A DNA stretch of 64,000 nucleotides from Candidatus Altimarinota bacterium (lineage in GTDB: Bacteria > Patescibacteriota > Gracilibacteria > UBA1369 > GCA-2718715): assembly GCA_041242255.1 (NCBI GenBank), contig JBESAV010000001.1:384001-448000 (forward strand), in the 5' to 3' direction. The notes beneath the pieces are model-generated. The model had not been told where the DNA came from. It saw nothing but the letters and a program-made list of their open reading frames with translations, and did no database searches. How positions within the stretch are numbered: position 1 is the stretch's first letter; the number at the start of each line of letters is the position of its first letter. The position numbers were made by a program, and so were the translations under genes. This document shows positions 19,111-29,976 of this stretch, piece after piece.

Positions 19111-19244
19111 TTAGAAACTTATTTACTATCTCTACCATATGAAAATAGTAAGTCTAAATCAACAAAAACCAATTCCACCCAAAGCAAAATAACGATTCTT
19201 AATTAACACAAAAAAGACTATAATACCCACATCTAAATCCAAAA

Positions 19245-20111
19245 ATGCAAAAATTCCTCTTCATCCAGTACGCCACATACGCCCTTGTTCCAATAGGTAT
19301 TTTGGCAGTCTATTACTTATTCAAGCACAAGCTCCATTGGTCCTTTAAAATCCTATTATCCACAGTTTTCCTAGTCTTTCTTTGGTCAACTTTCATAGAG
19401 CCACAAATTATCCTAGTCCGACAACACCAAGTATCCTCAATCCATCAAAAGAAAATAGCCTTAATCGCTGATCTACATTTAGGAGTATACAAAAACCAAA
19501 ACTTCCTCCAAAGAGTAGTCAACAAACTCAACCAACAGGAAGATCTAGACGCCATACTCATAGCCGGAGATTTCACTTTCTACCCAACCAAATCCCAAAA
19601 CTTAACAGACCTATTTCAACCTCTTTCCCAGCTTAATGTCCCAACTGTTGCAGTAGTTGGAAATCACGATATAGAAAGACCAGGTCCAAATCTTAGAAAC
19701 GAACTTATCACAGCCCTCAAGTCCCACAACATCCAAATCATCAACAACCAACAAATCCAGATCAACGAACTTAACATCCTCGGTCTAGGGGATCATTGGG
19801 GTGAGGAAGATGATGTTTCTCTTGTAGAAAACCTACCAGAGAATGGAACTTCTATCATCCTCACACACAATCCCGACACAGTCTACGACTATCCAAAACC
19901 ATCCAAACACCTCACACTCACAGGCCACACCCATGGCGGGCAAATCCGCATCCCATACCTTTACAAGAAAGTAATCCCGACTAAGTATGACTTTGACCGT
20001 GATCTCCACAAAACCCCAAAAGGCCCAGTGTTCGTAACATCCGGGCTAGGGGAGGTGGACCTTCCAATGAGATTCTTAATTCCACCGACTATTGATATCA
20101 TCAATCTATAA
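19245..20111 (+). CDS. Membrane-anchored metallophosphoesterase (YkuE-like)
   Basis: DLHLG, AGDF, GNHD, HNPD, GHTHGGQ; two N-terminal TMs. Confidence 0.9.
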   Translation: MQKFLFIQYATYALVPIGILAVYYLFKHKLHWSFKILLSTVFLVFLWSTFIEPQIILVRQHQVSSIHQKKIALIADLHLGVYKNQNFLQRVVNKLNQQEDLDAILIAGDFTFYPTKSQNLTDLFQPLSQLNVPTVAVVGNHDIERPGPNLRNELITALKSHNIQIINNQQIQINELNILGLGDHWGEEDDVSLVENLPENGTSIILTHNPDTVYDYPKPSKHLTLTGHTHGGQIRIPYLYKKVIPTKYDFDRDLHKTPKGPVFVTSGLGEVDLPMRFLIPPTIDIINL

Positions 20112-20768
20112 AACCTCCATCTCCGAAGCTAACTCCATCATCTCTTTCACATCTTCATCTTCAAGAGCACTTTGAATATTTTCCCATAAGTCCAAGTTAA
20201 CCCTAGCCCACTTTAGATATTTCTGACGGGCAACTTCAGTGTAAAAATACTTACCAGACTCCATGAGTGGCTTTTGATCATCCACAATTTTCCCAGCTAG
20301 TTTTCCAAGGTCATAACCAGTTTCACTCAAAAACTTCGAGCTAAAAAGTACAGGAGTAATAGGCAAAGCCTTAAACAAAGTATCACCATCCGACAGAGCT
20401 TTTCCCTCAAGACTCAATTCTTTTCCAAGGCGAGTGCTAGTATGAGCTTCTGCTACAACCTTCAAAATCAATTCTACACTTGAAGGATCATAGCCGCATT
20501 CTTCCAATAAGTCTCGAGTCTCATTCACTACAGCCTCCGGATCTAAACTTTCACTAAAAACATAATTTAAGTCATGCACCAATCCTGCCGACGCCACAAT
20601 CTCGATATCAGCTCCAATCTCTTCAGCAAAATAAACCGCTTTATCATGCACAAATTTCACATGATGCCATCCATGAAAAAGCAACTTACCTTTATTAGAA
20701 GGCTCCATATACAGAGCCTTCACTTCCTCAAATAATTTATTATATCTTTTAGTTTGAAGTTTATTCAT
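20106..20768 (-). CDS. HD-domain phosphohydrolase
   Basis: HGWHHV...VHD...H...LSDGD. Confidence 0.82.
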   Translation of the reverse strand: MNKLQTKRYNKLFEEVKALYMEPSNKGKLLFHGWHHVKFVHDKAVYFAEEIGADIEIVASAGLVHDLNYVFSESLDPEAVVNETRDLLEECGYDPSSVELILKVVAEAHTSTRLGKELSLEGKALSDGDTLFKALPITPVLFSSKFLSETGYDLGKLAGKIVDDQKPLMESGKYFYTEVARQKYLKWARVNLDLWENIQSALEDEDVKEMMELASEMEVL

Positions 20769-21609
20769 TCTCCTGAGCTTCTAAAACTACACTAATCATG
20801 TACATCATCTCTGCTCTCGTAACTTTGTGTGATCCAGAGTTATAAGGTAAAGCTCCCAAAGAACCAACAGCCTCAAAGTATGGTGCATACCATTCTTCCC
20901 AACTTTCTTTCTCACGTACATCCATATCAAATGCAACTGCAATCATCTTAGCAACCTCAGCACCATTTGCTCCATCAGCTGGTCTAACAGTATTTTTACC
21001 AGAGTCACCAGTTACAATTCCTTTATCTCTAGCAATTTTCAAATAAGGCGAGTACCAAGCCCCAAATTCCACATCACTATATACATCAGTTCCAAGTTTA
21101 GCTTGAGCAATTGCCATGTCACTACTCACAGCCTCCACCAAGATTTTAGCCAAAGCAGCTCTATTAATTTGAGTATCAGGCTCCACACTCCCATCAGGAT
21201 TACCTCCCACAATCCCACGCTCTTTCACATCAGCAATCTCACTATAGTATCGATGCTCAGGATTCAGATCCCAAAAAATACTTCCTTCAAACCTCTCTGG
21301 TTCAGAACCAGGCAGGGGAGACTTAACTATATCTTTCAAAAAACTAGTATAAACAAATCCAGTCCCAACCGAAGTTTCAATTAAGTAAAATTCTTCATAG
21401 TTATCAACCTCCAAAATCCTAACAGTCTCTCCAGCTCGAACAGTTCCAACTACACCCCCAGAAGGACAATTATCCCTTACATTCACCGCACTACTAATTG
21501 TCGCATACCAATCGACATCAGTCCTTTTCGTACAGTCACCAGCCGACGCCATAGGCATCAAACCTCCAAGCATCATTACTGAAACCAAACCAACAATAAA
21601 CTTCTTCAT
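20761..21609 (-). CDS. Secreted SH3b + S-layer homology (SLH) domain protein
   Basis: Signal peptide; VNVRD...GFVYTSFL (SH3b-like); SLH motifs INRAALAK and VTRAEM. Confidence 0.8.
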   Translation of the reverse strand: MKKFIVGLVSVMMLGGLMPMASAGDCTKRTDVDWYATISSAVNVRDNCPSGGVVGTVRAGETVRILEVDNYEEFYLIETSVGTGFVYTSFLKDIVKSPLPGSEPERFEGSIFWDLNPEHRYYSEIADVKERGIVGGNPDGSVEPDTQINRAALAKILVEAVSSDMAIAQAKLGTDVYSDVEFGAWYSPYLKIARDKGIVTGDSGKNTVRPADGANGAEVAKMIAVAFDMDVREKESWEEWYAPYFEAVGSLGALPYNSGSHKVTRAEMMYMISVVLEAQENE

Positions 21610-21657
21610 AATTTTAAGTTAAACTAAAACCAATATACCACAAAAATAAAGTCTTCC

Positions 21658-21948
21658 ATGCCATATTACACCTACATCGCCCTCTGCTCAGACAACACTC
21701 TCTATACCGGCTACACCAACGACATCCAGAGCAGGGAAGACACCCACAATCAAGGAAAAGGAGCCAAGTACACTAAAGCCCGCTTACCCATTGAAATAGT
21801 CCATGTAGAAGAATTTCAAACCCGCTCCCAAGCCATGAAGCGCGAATACGCCATCAAGCAACTCTCCAAAGATCAAAAGCTCTCTCTCATCAATAAACCA
21901 AACCAGTCAAAAAAATCAACAAGTAAACCAAATACAAGACAGTCATGA
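21658..21948 (+). CDS. GIY-YIG nuclease (UPF0213/YazA-like)
   Basis: YYTYIALCSDNTLYTGYT...HNQGKGAKYT...REYAIKQL. Confidence 0.9.
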   Translation: MPYYTYIALCSDNTLYTGYTNDIQSREDTHNQGKGAKYTKARLPIEIVHVEEFQTRSQAMKREYAIKQLSKDQKLSLINKPNQSKKSTSKPNTRQS

Positions 21949-22849
21949 TCAAATATTGCTCTTGATCCACTTTATTATCAGTTTTTTCTCTAACCCTAAA
22001 GTAACTAACTGCAGCTATAATTATCAATGGTACAAACAAAATTCCATACATATTTAAAACTGATTTAGAACCTATATACCCAATCGGAAGAATGAACATA
22101 TCAGATATAGGTCGAAGAACACTTGTAAATCCCAGCAGTAAAGTAGACAGAAAAAACAATGGTAAAGTAGCAGGTACAACTAATGTAAGTATATATTCGT
22201 GCTTTTCCTTGCTTTTGTATACCCTCCATATCAAAAAGAATAACAACACTAAAGCCACCAACAAAAGACCACCTGTAAATAAATTGTTATCCCATATATG
22301 CGCAGATACTAGTTCTTCAAGAACCAAAACAAAAAGGGTACTAGCAAAAAATGACAGTGCTACCATAAAGCATCTTAACAAAATTCTTGAGTAAGTTTTC
22401 AAAAACTTCTTTAAATCTGCTTTCACATAAACAAATCCAATACTAAAAGCCACCAGAGCAATAAAGAGGTTATAAATAACCAAGTGAACATTGTACTTCG
22501 ATAAACTATAATCACTCAATATCTGAGTAGGGGGTAGTCTATATTCAGAATTTGATTGAGTAATAGATACCATCCCATTCTTAACCTTTAGTAAGTCCCC
22601 ATCCTCACTTCGTTTATTGGTGTTAGCCTGGATATAGTCTGGATCAAAGCTATCCGGAAAAGTATCTTTCATATGCCGCATTGCCCAGTAAGCTTTGTTA
22701 TAGTTTCCATCAAAAACTTCCTCACCCAAAAATCCCCAAAAAGTATCTCCTTCTAATGGTCTGTAATCAAATACAAAATAGTTAAAATTAAACTTCATCA
22801 TAAAAACCGATAAAACCAGAAGAACTAATGCCAATATCTTATTTTTCAT
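21890..22849 (-). CDS. Hypothetical polytopic membrane protein
   Basis: N-terminal signal/TM, soluble loop and about 6-7 TM helices; no family recognised. Confidence 0.65.
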   Translation of the reverse strand: MKNKILALVLLVLSVFMMKFNFNYFVFDYRPLEGDTFWGFLGEEVFDGNYNKAYWAMRHMKDTFPDSFDPDYIQANTNKRSEDGDLLKVKNGMVSITQSNSEYRLPPTQILSDYSLSKYNVHLVIYNLFIALVAFSIGFVYVKADLKKFLKTYSRILLRCFMVALSFFASTLFVLVLEELVSAHIWDNNLFTGGLLLVALVLLFFLIWRVYKSKEKHEYILTLVVPATLPLFFLSTLLLGFTSVLRPISDMFILPIGYIGSKSVLNMYGILFVPLIIIAAVSYFRVREKTDNKVDQEQYLIMTVLYLVYLLIFLTGLVY

Positions 22850-22894
22850 TATGAAAATTATTATTTACCAGATTATACACTAATTACCCACAAC

Positions 22895-22920
22895 AAAAAA
22901 AACTCCACAATCAGTAGAGT
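22895..22920 (-). terminator. Intrinsic terminator after tRNA-Gly
   Basis: ACTCTAC-tgatt-GTGGAGT hairpin followed by a T run. Confidence 0.55.
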
Positions 22921-22925
22921 AATTC

Positions 22926-23000
22926 TGGAGCGGGTAGCGGGGATCGAACCCGCCTCTTCGGCTTGGAAGGCCGACATAATAGCCACTATACTATACCCGC
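22926..23000 (-). tRNA. tRNA-Gly (TCC)
   Basis: Reverse complement GCGGGTATAGTATAGTGG...TCGGC-CTTCCAA-GCCGA...GGTTCGATCCC...TACCCGCTCCA; cloverleaf with encoded CCA; TTGCTT-N16-TAGAAT promoter at 23026-23053. Confidence 0.97.
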
Positions 23001-23060
23001 GACTATGCTTTCTTTTAGCTTCCACATTCTATAAACCTCTCATAAAAAAGCAACCCTTTT

Positions 23061-23282
23061 TTATTGAAAATAAGGACTTACAAATCCAATAACCCTCTCA
23101 AGTTGGCTAGGTTCCACTTTTCTTTCGATTCCATCACCCATTTCAACCCTCACTAATCTATCCTCATCTACTTCAATCACACGACATAGTCGCCCTTTAA
23201 AGTCCATAATCTCACCATCCACACAACCATTATCAGCAATATCGTATTCCCTCATTTTAACTGTATATTCTCTCTGTTCCAT
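23061..23282 (-). CDS. Small hypothetical protein (possibly an SH3/KOW-like beta barrel)
   Basis: 73 aa with typical minus-strand codon bias; TTTAA-N10-ATG upstream. Confidence 0.5.
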   Translation of the reverse strand: MEQREYTVKMREYDIADNGCVDGEIMDFKGRLCRVIEVDEDRLVRVEMGDGIERKVEPSQLERVIGFVSPYFQ

Positions 23283-23294
23283 ATTTATAAAATT

Positions 23295-23321
23295 AAAAAA
23301 TCCCGATCTCTCGACCGGGAT
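23295..23321 (-). terminator. Intrinsic terminator
   Basis: ATCCCGGTC-GAGA-GATCGGGAT followed by T run (GNRA loop). Confidence 0.75.
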
Positions 23322-23329
23322 AAAATTTA

Positions 23330-24160
23330 TTAGAAGCCCATATTCATTCCACCTGGCATTCCTGGTATAGTTATCTCTTGGGCCGCAGGTGCAGCCACAT
23401 CATATTCACCATGTATGAAAGTTACTAGCTGACCATCAAGTACAGCTTCAACTAGTCTTAATGTATCATCAAATCTCAGTACTCCTCCTTCATCAGTTAC
23501 AACTTCCTCACAAGCTTCACCACTTGCACAAGTTACACTTGTCGGTTCATATTTCTGAATAATATTCGGGTATAAAGCTTTATACGGCATATCAGCAATC
23601 GGAATCCCACTCGGAGCATCTACGGCTTGATAGTCTGCATCTGCTAGTTCAGGATAACTTTGAGTCGCCAATCCACCTTCTCCCACCATTTTTATCTTTT
23701 TCCATCCCTCAACATTACTATACATATATCCATCGGTATCTTGATAGACAGTCTCTCCTTCAGCTTCAATTAATGCCACTCCAGTATCACTATCAAACGT
23801 GACTGTAATACCATCAGTAACTGCTTTTACATCTCCAATATTATCAACTGAAGTTACCATTCCATTTTCATCTTCACTGTTATTCATAGCGTCTTCAGAG
23901 TCTCCATCTTCATCATTTTCATCACCACTATCAGATGAGTCACCTCCTAAGCTTCCAGATCCACCAGCCCCAATTCGCATACTCATTGCCCATTCACAAT
24001 CTTCAAATTCTTCTTCAGTCACAACTCCATCATCATTTTCATCACAATTTTCAACAATTTCAGGATCAGTCAGATCAACCTCTAAGTTAGTTTCATTGCT
24101 ACATCCTGATATAGCAAAAATCATAATGATCATCAGTCCAAGCCCTAAAAATTTTCTCAT
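23330..24160 (-). CDS. Acidic lipoprotein with a single EF-hand-like loop
   Basis: Lipobox ISGC; DENDDGVVTEEE loop flanked by Cys; S/D/E/G-rich linker. Confidence 0.72.
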   Translation of the reverse strand: MRKFLGLGLMIIMIFAISGCSNETNLEVDLTDPEIVENCDENDDGVVTEEEFEDCEWAMSMRIGAGGSGSLGGDSSDSGDENDEDGDSEDAMNNSEDENGMVTSVDNIGDVKAVTDGITVTFDSDTGVALIEAEGETVYQDTDGYMYSNVEGWKKIKMVGEGGLATQSYPELADADYQAVDAPSGIPIADMPYKALYPNIIQKYEPTSVTCASGEACEEVVTDEGGVLRFDDTLRLVEAVLDGQLVTFIHGEYDVAAPAAQEITIPGMPGGMNMGF

Positions 24161-24209
24161 ATCACCGAGTTATTTATAAACAAATGCAGTATACCAAAAC
24201 ACCATAAAT

Positions 24210-24243
24210 AAAAAAGTCCACACATCAAGTGCAGAACTTTTTT
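24210..24243 (-). terminator. Terminator of the atp operon
   Basis: AGTTCTGCAC-ttgat-GTGTGGACT hairpin (with GU pairs) followed by T run. Confidence 0.55.
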
Positions 24244-24264
24244 AAACATTACTCATTCAAACCC

Positions 24265-24672
24265 TTATCCCAATTGCTTACTTACAGCAATCTTCTCATT
24301 TTCTAAGTATTCGATTTGGAAGTCAGAAAGGTCAGATCCCTTAGCAAGTTCAGCTTCAATGAAGTCTAAATACTCCTTAGCATCTTCCACTGATACCTCA
24401 GACTCAAGCTCACAGTAGTAAGCCATAAGTCTGCATGTATTAGTTGCATTATCAAAGTTTAGAACTCCTTGTCTAACCATGTATCTTTCAGTTTCCTCTT
24501 CAGCTCCAGTCTCAACCATTGCTGAAGTGAACTTAACAGTCCCAATCATCGAGGCATGCTTAGCCATGATTACAACACGTCCACCTTCCAAAGTAATAGC
24601 AATAGACTTTGCTTCACCATTGAAAACTTCTTTGTCGGGAGTCTGGATGATTAACTTAAATTTATTTTCCAT
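24265..24672 (-). CDS. atpC: ATP synthase epsilon subunit
   Basis: FKLIIQTPDKEVFNG...IMAKHASMI; last gene of the atp operon. Confidence 0.85.
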   Translation of the reverse strand: MENKFKLIIQTPDKEVFNGEAKSIAITLEGGRVVIMAKHASMIGTVKFTSAMVETGAEEETERYMVRQGVLNFDNATNTCRLMAYYCELESEVSVEDAKEYLDFIEAELAKGSDLSDFQIEYLENEKIAVSKQLG

Positions 24673-24744
24673 AATTTTGAAATTTTATATTTCCCCATAA
24701 CATTTCATATTCATAGAAGCAGGGGAGAGACTCAAGTCAAAAAC

Positions 24745-26160
<1,416 letters not shown>

Positions 26161-26170
26161 TTAATTATTA

Positions 26171-27061
26171 TTATTCACTAACCGCAGCAGATCCTCCCAT
26201 CAACTCAGCAATTTCCTGAGTAATAGCTTGCTGACGAGCTTTGTTGAATTGTAGTGTCAATTCATCTCTCTTCTTATCAGCAGCATCTGTTGCGTTCTTC
26301 ATCGCCATCATACGACTTGAGTACTCAGAAGCTTTCAAATCCATAAATGATTGTACAAACAGACCTTGAACAATAAGTTCATGAAGTCTAGTTGTAAGAT
26401 CTTCCGGATCTGAATTAAAGATCATGTAGTTATTCTCATTTCTTTTAACGTCTTCACTTTCTGATCTCAAATTATTCTCAACCATATCTTTTGAGAATGG
26501 TAAGAAAGTTTTCACTTGAGGATAAAAAGTAAACGAATTTACGTAGTAAGGCGCAATGAATTTAACTTCCTTAACCTCACCACTTCTCCAGATCTCAAGA
26601 ATCTGATCAACTACAGCCAGAGCATCAATATTTGTCATACTCTCAGGCAAACCAACAAATGATTTTTCCACTGAGATACCATTATTTTTAGCATATTCAG
26701 TAGCCTTTTTACCTATAGTTACAAGCATTCTTTGATCTTCTGGAAGTTCACCCCATTCCTTCGAGTTTACTAGAGCTTTGATTTGTTTAGTGTTCAACGC
26801 CCCACATAAACCTTTATCCGAAGTATAAAGTACAAACAAAATCTTACCTTTTTCAGGAGCAACCGAATAAACAGTCTTTTCTCCTGAGTCAACAGTCGAG
26901 CTAAGTGCTTCAAGCAAGTTACTTACAAAATCTCTGGCACCAAGTGCTTTGTTTTGAAAGGTACGCATTTTACTTGCAGCAACAAGTTGCATGGCTTTTG
27001 TAATCTTTTTTGTGTTTTTAACACCCTGTATTTGCTTTTTTATCTCTAATAAAGAAGCCAT
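26171..27061 (-). CDS. atpG: ATP synthase gamma subunit
   Basis: KITKAMQLVAASK, SDKGLCG, SRMMAMKNATD, RQQAITQEI. Confidence 0.97.
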   Translation of the reverse strand: MASLLEIKKQIQGVKNTKKITKAMQLVAASKMRTFQNKALGARDFVSNLLEALSSTVDSGEKTVYSVAPEKGKILFVLYTSDKGLCGALNTKQIKALVNSKEWGELPEDQRMLVTIGKKATEYAKNNGISVEKSFVGLPESMTNIDALAVVDQILEIWRSGEVKEVKFIAPYYVNSFTFYPQVKTFLPFSKDMVENNLRSESEDVKRNENNYMIFNSDPEDLTTRLHELIVQGLFVQSFMDLKASEYSSRMMAMKNATDAADKKRDELTLQFNKARQQAITQEIAELMGGSAAVSE

Positions 27062-27066
27062 TGCAT

Positions 27067-28578
27067 TTAGTTATTAAAATAAGTTTCACTTATAGACTTC
27101 AGAGATTCTTTCACCTCATCAGTCATTTTTTTGTTTGTTTGAATTTCTTTAATCATATCAGCATTATTAGCTTCAATATGAGCTAAGAAAGATCTAATTT
27201 TCTCACCAGTCATATCTGCATCAGTAGAATCCAAGTAACCATTAGAAGCAGCATAAAGTACAAACACCATTTGCCATAGTTTGTATGGTTCATTTTGTTT
27301 TTGCTTTAGAGCTTCTACAACTCTTCTACCACGAGTAAGTTTAGATTTAGTAGCTTCATCAAGTTCAGAAGCAAACTGACTAAACGCTTCAAGTTCGTAG
27401 TACTGAGCAAGGTCAAGTTTCACAGATCCAGAAACTTTCTTCATCACATTTGTCTGTGCAGACCCACCAACCCTAGATACCGAAATACCTACATTGATCG
27501 CTGGTCTAATACCTTTGTTGAAAAGATCAGACTGCAAGAAGATTTGCCCATCAGTAATCGAGATCACATTCGTTGGAATGTAAGCCGATACATCATTAGC
27601 TTGAGTTTCAATGATTGGAAGTGCCGTGATAGAACCTCCTCCATTATCTTCGTTAAGCTTTGCAGCTCTCTCAAGAAGTCTTGAATGAAGATAGAAAACA
27701 TCCCCAGGATAAGCTTCACGCCCTGGTGGTCTTCTCAAAAGAAGTGACATCTCTCTGTATGCCACGGCATGTTTAGAAAGATCATCATAAATAACAAGTA
27801 CATCTTTACCTTTGTTCATGAAGTACTCAGCAATTGCAACCCCAGCATATGGAGCCAAGAACTGTAGTACCGCAGATGAAGCCGCTGGAGCAGAAACAAT
27901 AGTTGTATAGTCCATTGCTCCATGTTCTTCTAAAGTTTTGATAACTTGAGCAGTTTTCCCCTCACGTTGAGCGATAGATACGTATACACAGATCATATCT
28001 TCATCTTTTTGGTTGATAATTGTATCAAGCGCCACAGTAGTTTTACCAGTCTGACGATCACCAATAATCAACTCTCTTTGACCACGTCCAATCGGTACAA
28101 GCGAATCAATCGCCGCAATCCCAGTTTGAACTGGTTGATGTACAGATTTACGAGCCATTACATCTGGAGCAGGGGACTCAAGACGCATATTTTTATCAGA
28201 TTTGTATTCTCCTTTCCCATCAAGAACTTTACCAGTTGGGTCAACAACCCTCCCAGTAACAGCATCTCCAACAGGGATAGTTAAAAATTCAGAAGTAGAC
28301 TTTACGAAAAGCCCTTCTTTTACCTTCGGACTTGCTTGTAGCACAAGTGCATAAGCAGTTCCTCTCTCAATATTCATCACTAGAGCCAATGCATCAGCAC
28401 CCTCAATCTCAACAATTTCACTCATCATCAAGTTTGAAAGTCCTTTAATAGCAATAACCCCATCCTTGTATGATTCAATCACACCTTTTTCAGATGAAGA
28501 AGAGTCAGATTCTTTTGGCAAATCCGCTAGCAATTTTTCCAAATTTTCTACAAATCCATTTAGGTTTTGTGTTGCCAT
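27067..28578 (-). CDS. atpA: ATP synthase alpha subunit
   Basis: GDRQTGKT, RRPPGREAYPGDVFYLHSRLLER. Confidence 0.98.
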   Translation of the reverse strand: MATQNLNGFVENLEKLLADLPKESDSSSSEKGVIESYKDGVIAIKGLSNLMMSEIVEIEGADALALVMNIERGTAYALVLQASPKVKEGLFVKSTSEFLTIPVGDAVTGRVVDPTGKVLDGKGEYKSDKNMRLESPAPDVMARKSVHQPVQTGIAAIDSLVPIGRGQRELIIGDRQTGKTTVALDTIINQKDEDMICVYVSIAQREGKTAQVIKTLEEHGAMDYTTIVSAPAASSAVLQFLAPYAGVAIAEYFMNKGKDVLVIYDDLSKHAVAYREMSLLLRRPPGREAYPGDVFYLHSRLLERAAKLNEDNGGGSITALPIIETQANDVSAYIPTNVISITDGQIFLQSDLFNKGIRPAINVGISVSRVGGSAQTNVMKKVSGSVKLDLAQYYELEAFSQFASELDEATKSKLTRGRRVVEALKQKQNEPYKLWQMVFVLYAASNGYLDSTDADMTGEKIRSFLAHIEANNADMIKEIQTNKKMTDEVKESLKSISETYFNN

Positions 28579-28589
28579 AAAGTTATTTA

Positions 28590-29180
28590 CTAAATATTTA
28601 AGTTTGCAATTTTTTCAATTCGTCCCATCCAGGACATATCTTGAACCTGTCCATCTACGAATACTCGCATTCCACCCAAGATTGCTTTATTAACTTGGAA
28701 CTGGACAATTACAGGCTCATCGATCTCTTTCGAAATCTTATTCATCATTTCATTCTTTTGATCAGAACCAATTCCAATTGGAGTTTGGACCAAAACAAAA
28801 GGTGAACCAAAAGCTACTTCGAGTAACTCTTGAATATTTCTAACTATTTCTTGATATGAGAAGTTCACAAGAATTTTTTTCAAAGCCTTATCAACTTCTT
28901 TCTCAACTTTCCAAATTCCTTCCACTTTTTTAACTCTCTCGTCATACGACAGAGCGTAAAATTCTCTATCTAGAGAATTCAAAGCTTCAGCAAAATCAGC
29001 AGTTAGGTATTCAATTCCTCCACGAAGTAGTTTTGATTGTTTGATAAATTTTGTATCATTACTAGAAACAAACTTAGCAACCAAAGAGATTTCCTCCAAG
29101 GTAGCATCATCCACCTTACCAGAGTCTGAAACAGACTGGCAGTGTTCTAGCAACAATCTTGTAAAATAATCATTAAACAT
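28590..29180 (-). CDS. atpH: ATP synthase delta subunit (divergent)
   Basis: Lies between atpF and atpA; C-terminal VNKAILGGMRVFVDGQVQDMS. Confidence 0.8.
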   Translation of the reverse strand: MFNDYFTRLLLEHCQSVSDSGKVDDATLEEISLVAKFVSSNDTKFIKQSKLLRGGIEYLTADFAEALNSLDREFYALSYDERVKKVEGIWKVEKEVDKALKKILVNFSYQEIVRNIQELLEVAFGSPFVLVQTPIGIGSDQKNEMMNKISKEIDEPVIVQFQVNKAILGGMRVFVDGQVQDMSWMGRIEKIANLNI

Positions 29181-29184
29181 ATTT

Positions 29185-29685
29185 CTACTTCATAGAGTAA
29201 TTTTTCCAAGCGTCATTCACGCTGGCAGAGATTGCATCTTCAGGAACGCGATTTTCCACGACCTCAAGTACAATTTTTTGAACCACTTTAAGTAGTTCTT
29301 TTTCGACATCAGACACTAGTTTTTCTTTTCTTTCTTCAATCTCTTTTGAAGCTTTATCAAGCATTGCTGCTCTTTCTTGCTCCATTTCAGCTACTAGCTC
29401 TTTTTTCTTATCAGCAATGAAAGATTTCATTTTATCTAACTCTGCTGTAAGTTCAGCTTCTTTAGCTTTTTTTGAAGCTTCCATTTCTGAAAGCTTCTCT
29501 TGAAATTCAAGTTTAATTCTTTCAGCCTGCTCAAGTCTAGAAGTGATATTCTCACGTCTTTCATCCATAGCTGCCACAATTTTCTTGTAGAACAAGAAGT
29601 AAGTGATAGCTACAAGCAAACCAAAGTTTACTGCATAGATCAATAAACTAGCTAAGTCGATTCCGAGTGATTGGAGTCCTTGCAT
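29185..29685 (-). CDS. atpF: ATP synthase b subunit
   Basis: N-terminal TM (AVNFGLL), MDERRENI, coiled coil. Confidence 0.9.
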   Translation of the reverse strand: MQGLQSLGIDLASLLIYAVNFGLLVAITYFLFYKKIVAAMDERRENITSRLEQAERIKLEFQEKLSEMEASKKAKEAELTAELDKMKSFIADKKKELVAEMEQERAAMLDKASKEIEERKEKLVSDVEKELLKVVQKIVLEVVENRVPEDAISASVNDAWKNYSMK

Positions 29686-29697
29686 AGTATTTTAAAA

Positions 29698-29934
29698 TTA
29701 AGATAGATCTACAAATAGAATAATTAGTGAAACTACAAGAGAGTAAATCGCAGTAGATTCACAAATCGCCATAGAAACGATCATGTTCGAGAACAATTTA
29801 TCTTGCATCTCAGGGTTTCTACCCATAGCTTCAAGAGCTTTACCAGCGATGATACCTTCACCGATACCAGAACCTACAGCTCCGATACCCATACAAATTG
29901 CAGCTGCTAAGAGCTTCATTGCACCGATTTCCAT
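29698..29934 (-). CDS. atpE: ATP synthase c subunit (Na+-type signature)
   Basis: GIGAVGSGIGEG, GRNPE loop, ICESTAIY. Confidence 0.96.
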   Translation of the reverse strand: MEIGAMKLLAAAICMGIGAVGSGIGEGIIAGKALEAMGRNPEMQDKLFSNMIVSMAICESTAIYSLVVSLIILFVDLS

Positions 29935-29976
29935 AATATATAATGTTAAAAAATAATGAAAATTTTAAAAGAATTC

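Noticed and set aside
22926-23000. tRNA-Gly as the integration site of a genomic island
   Set aside because: No duplicated tRNA 3' end and no adjacent integrase seen in the window
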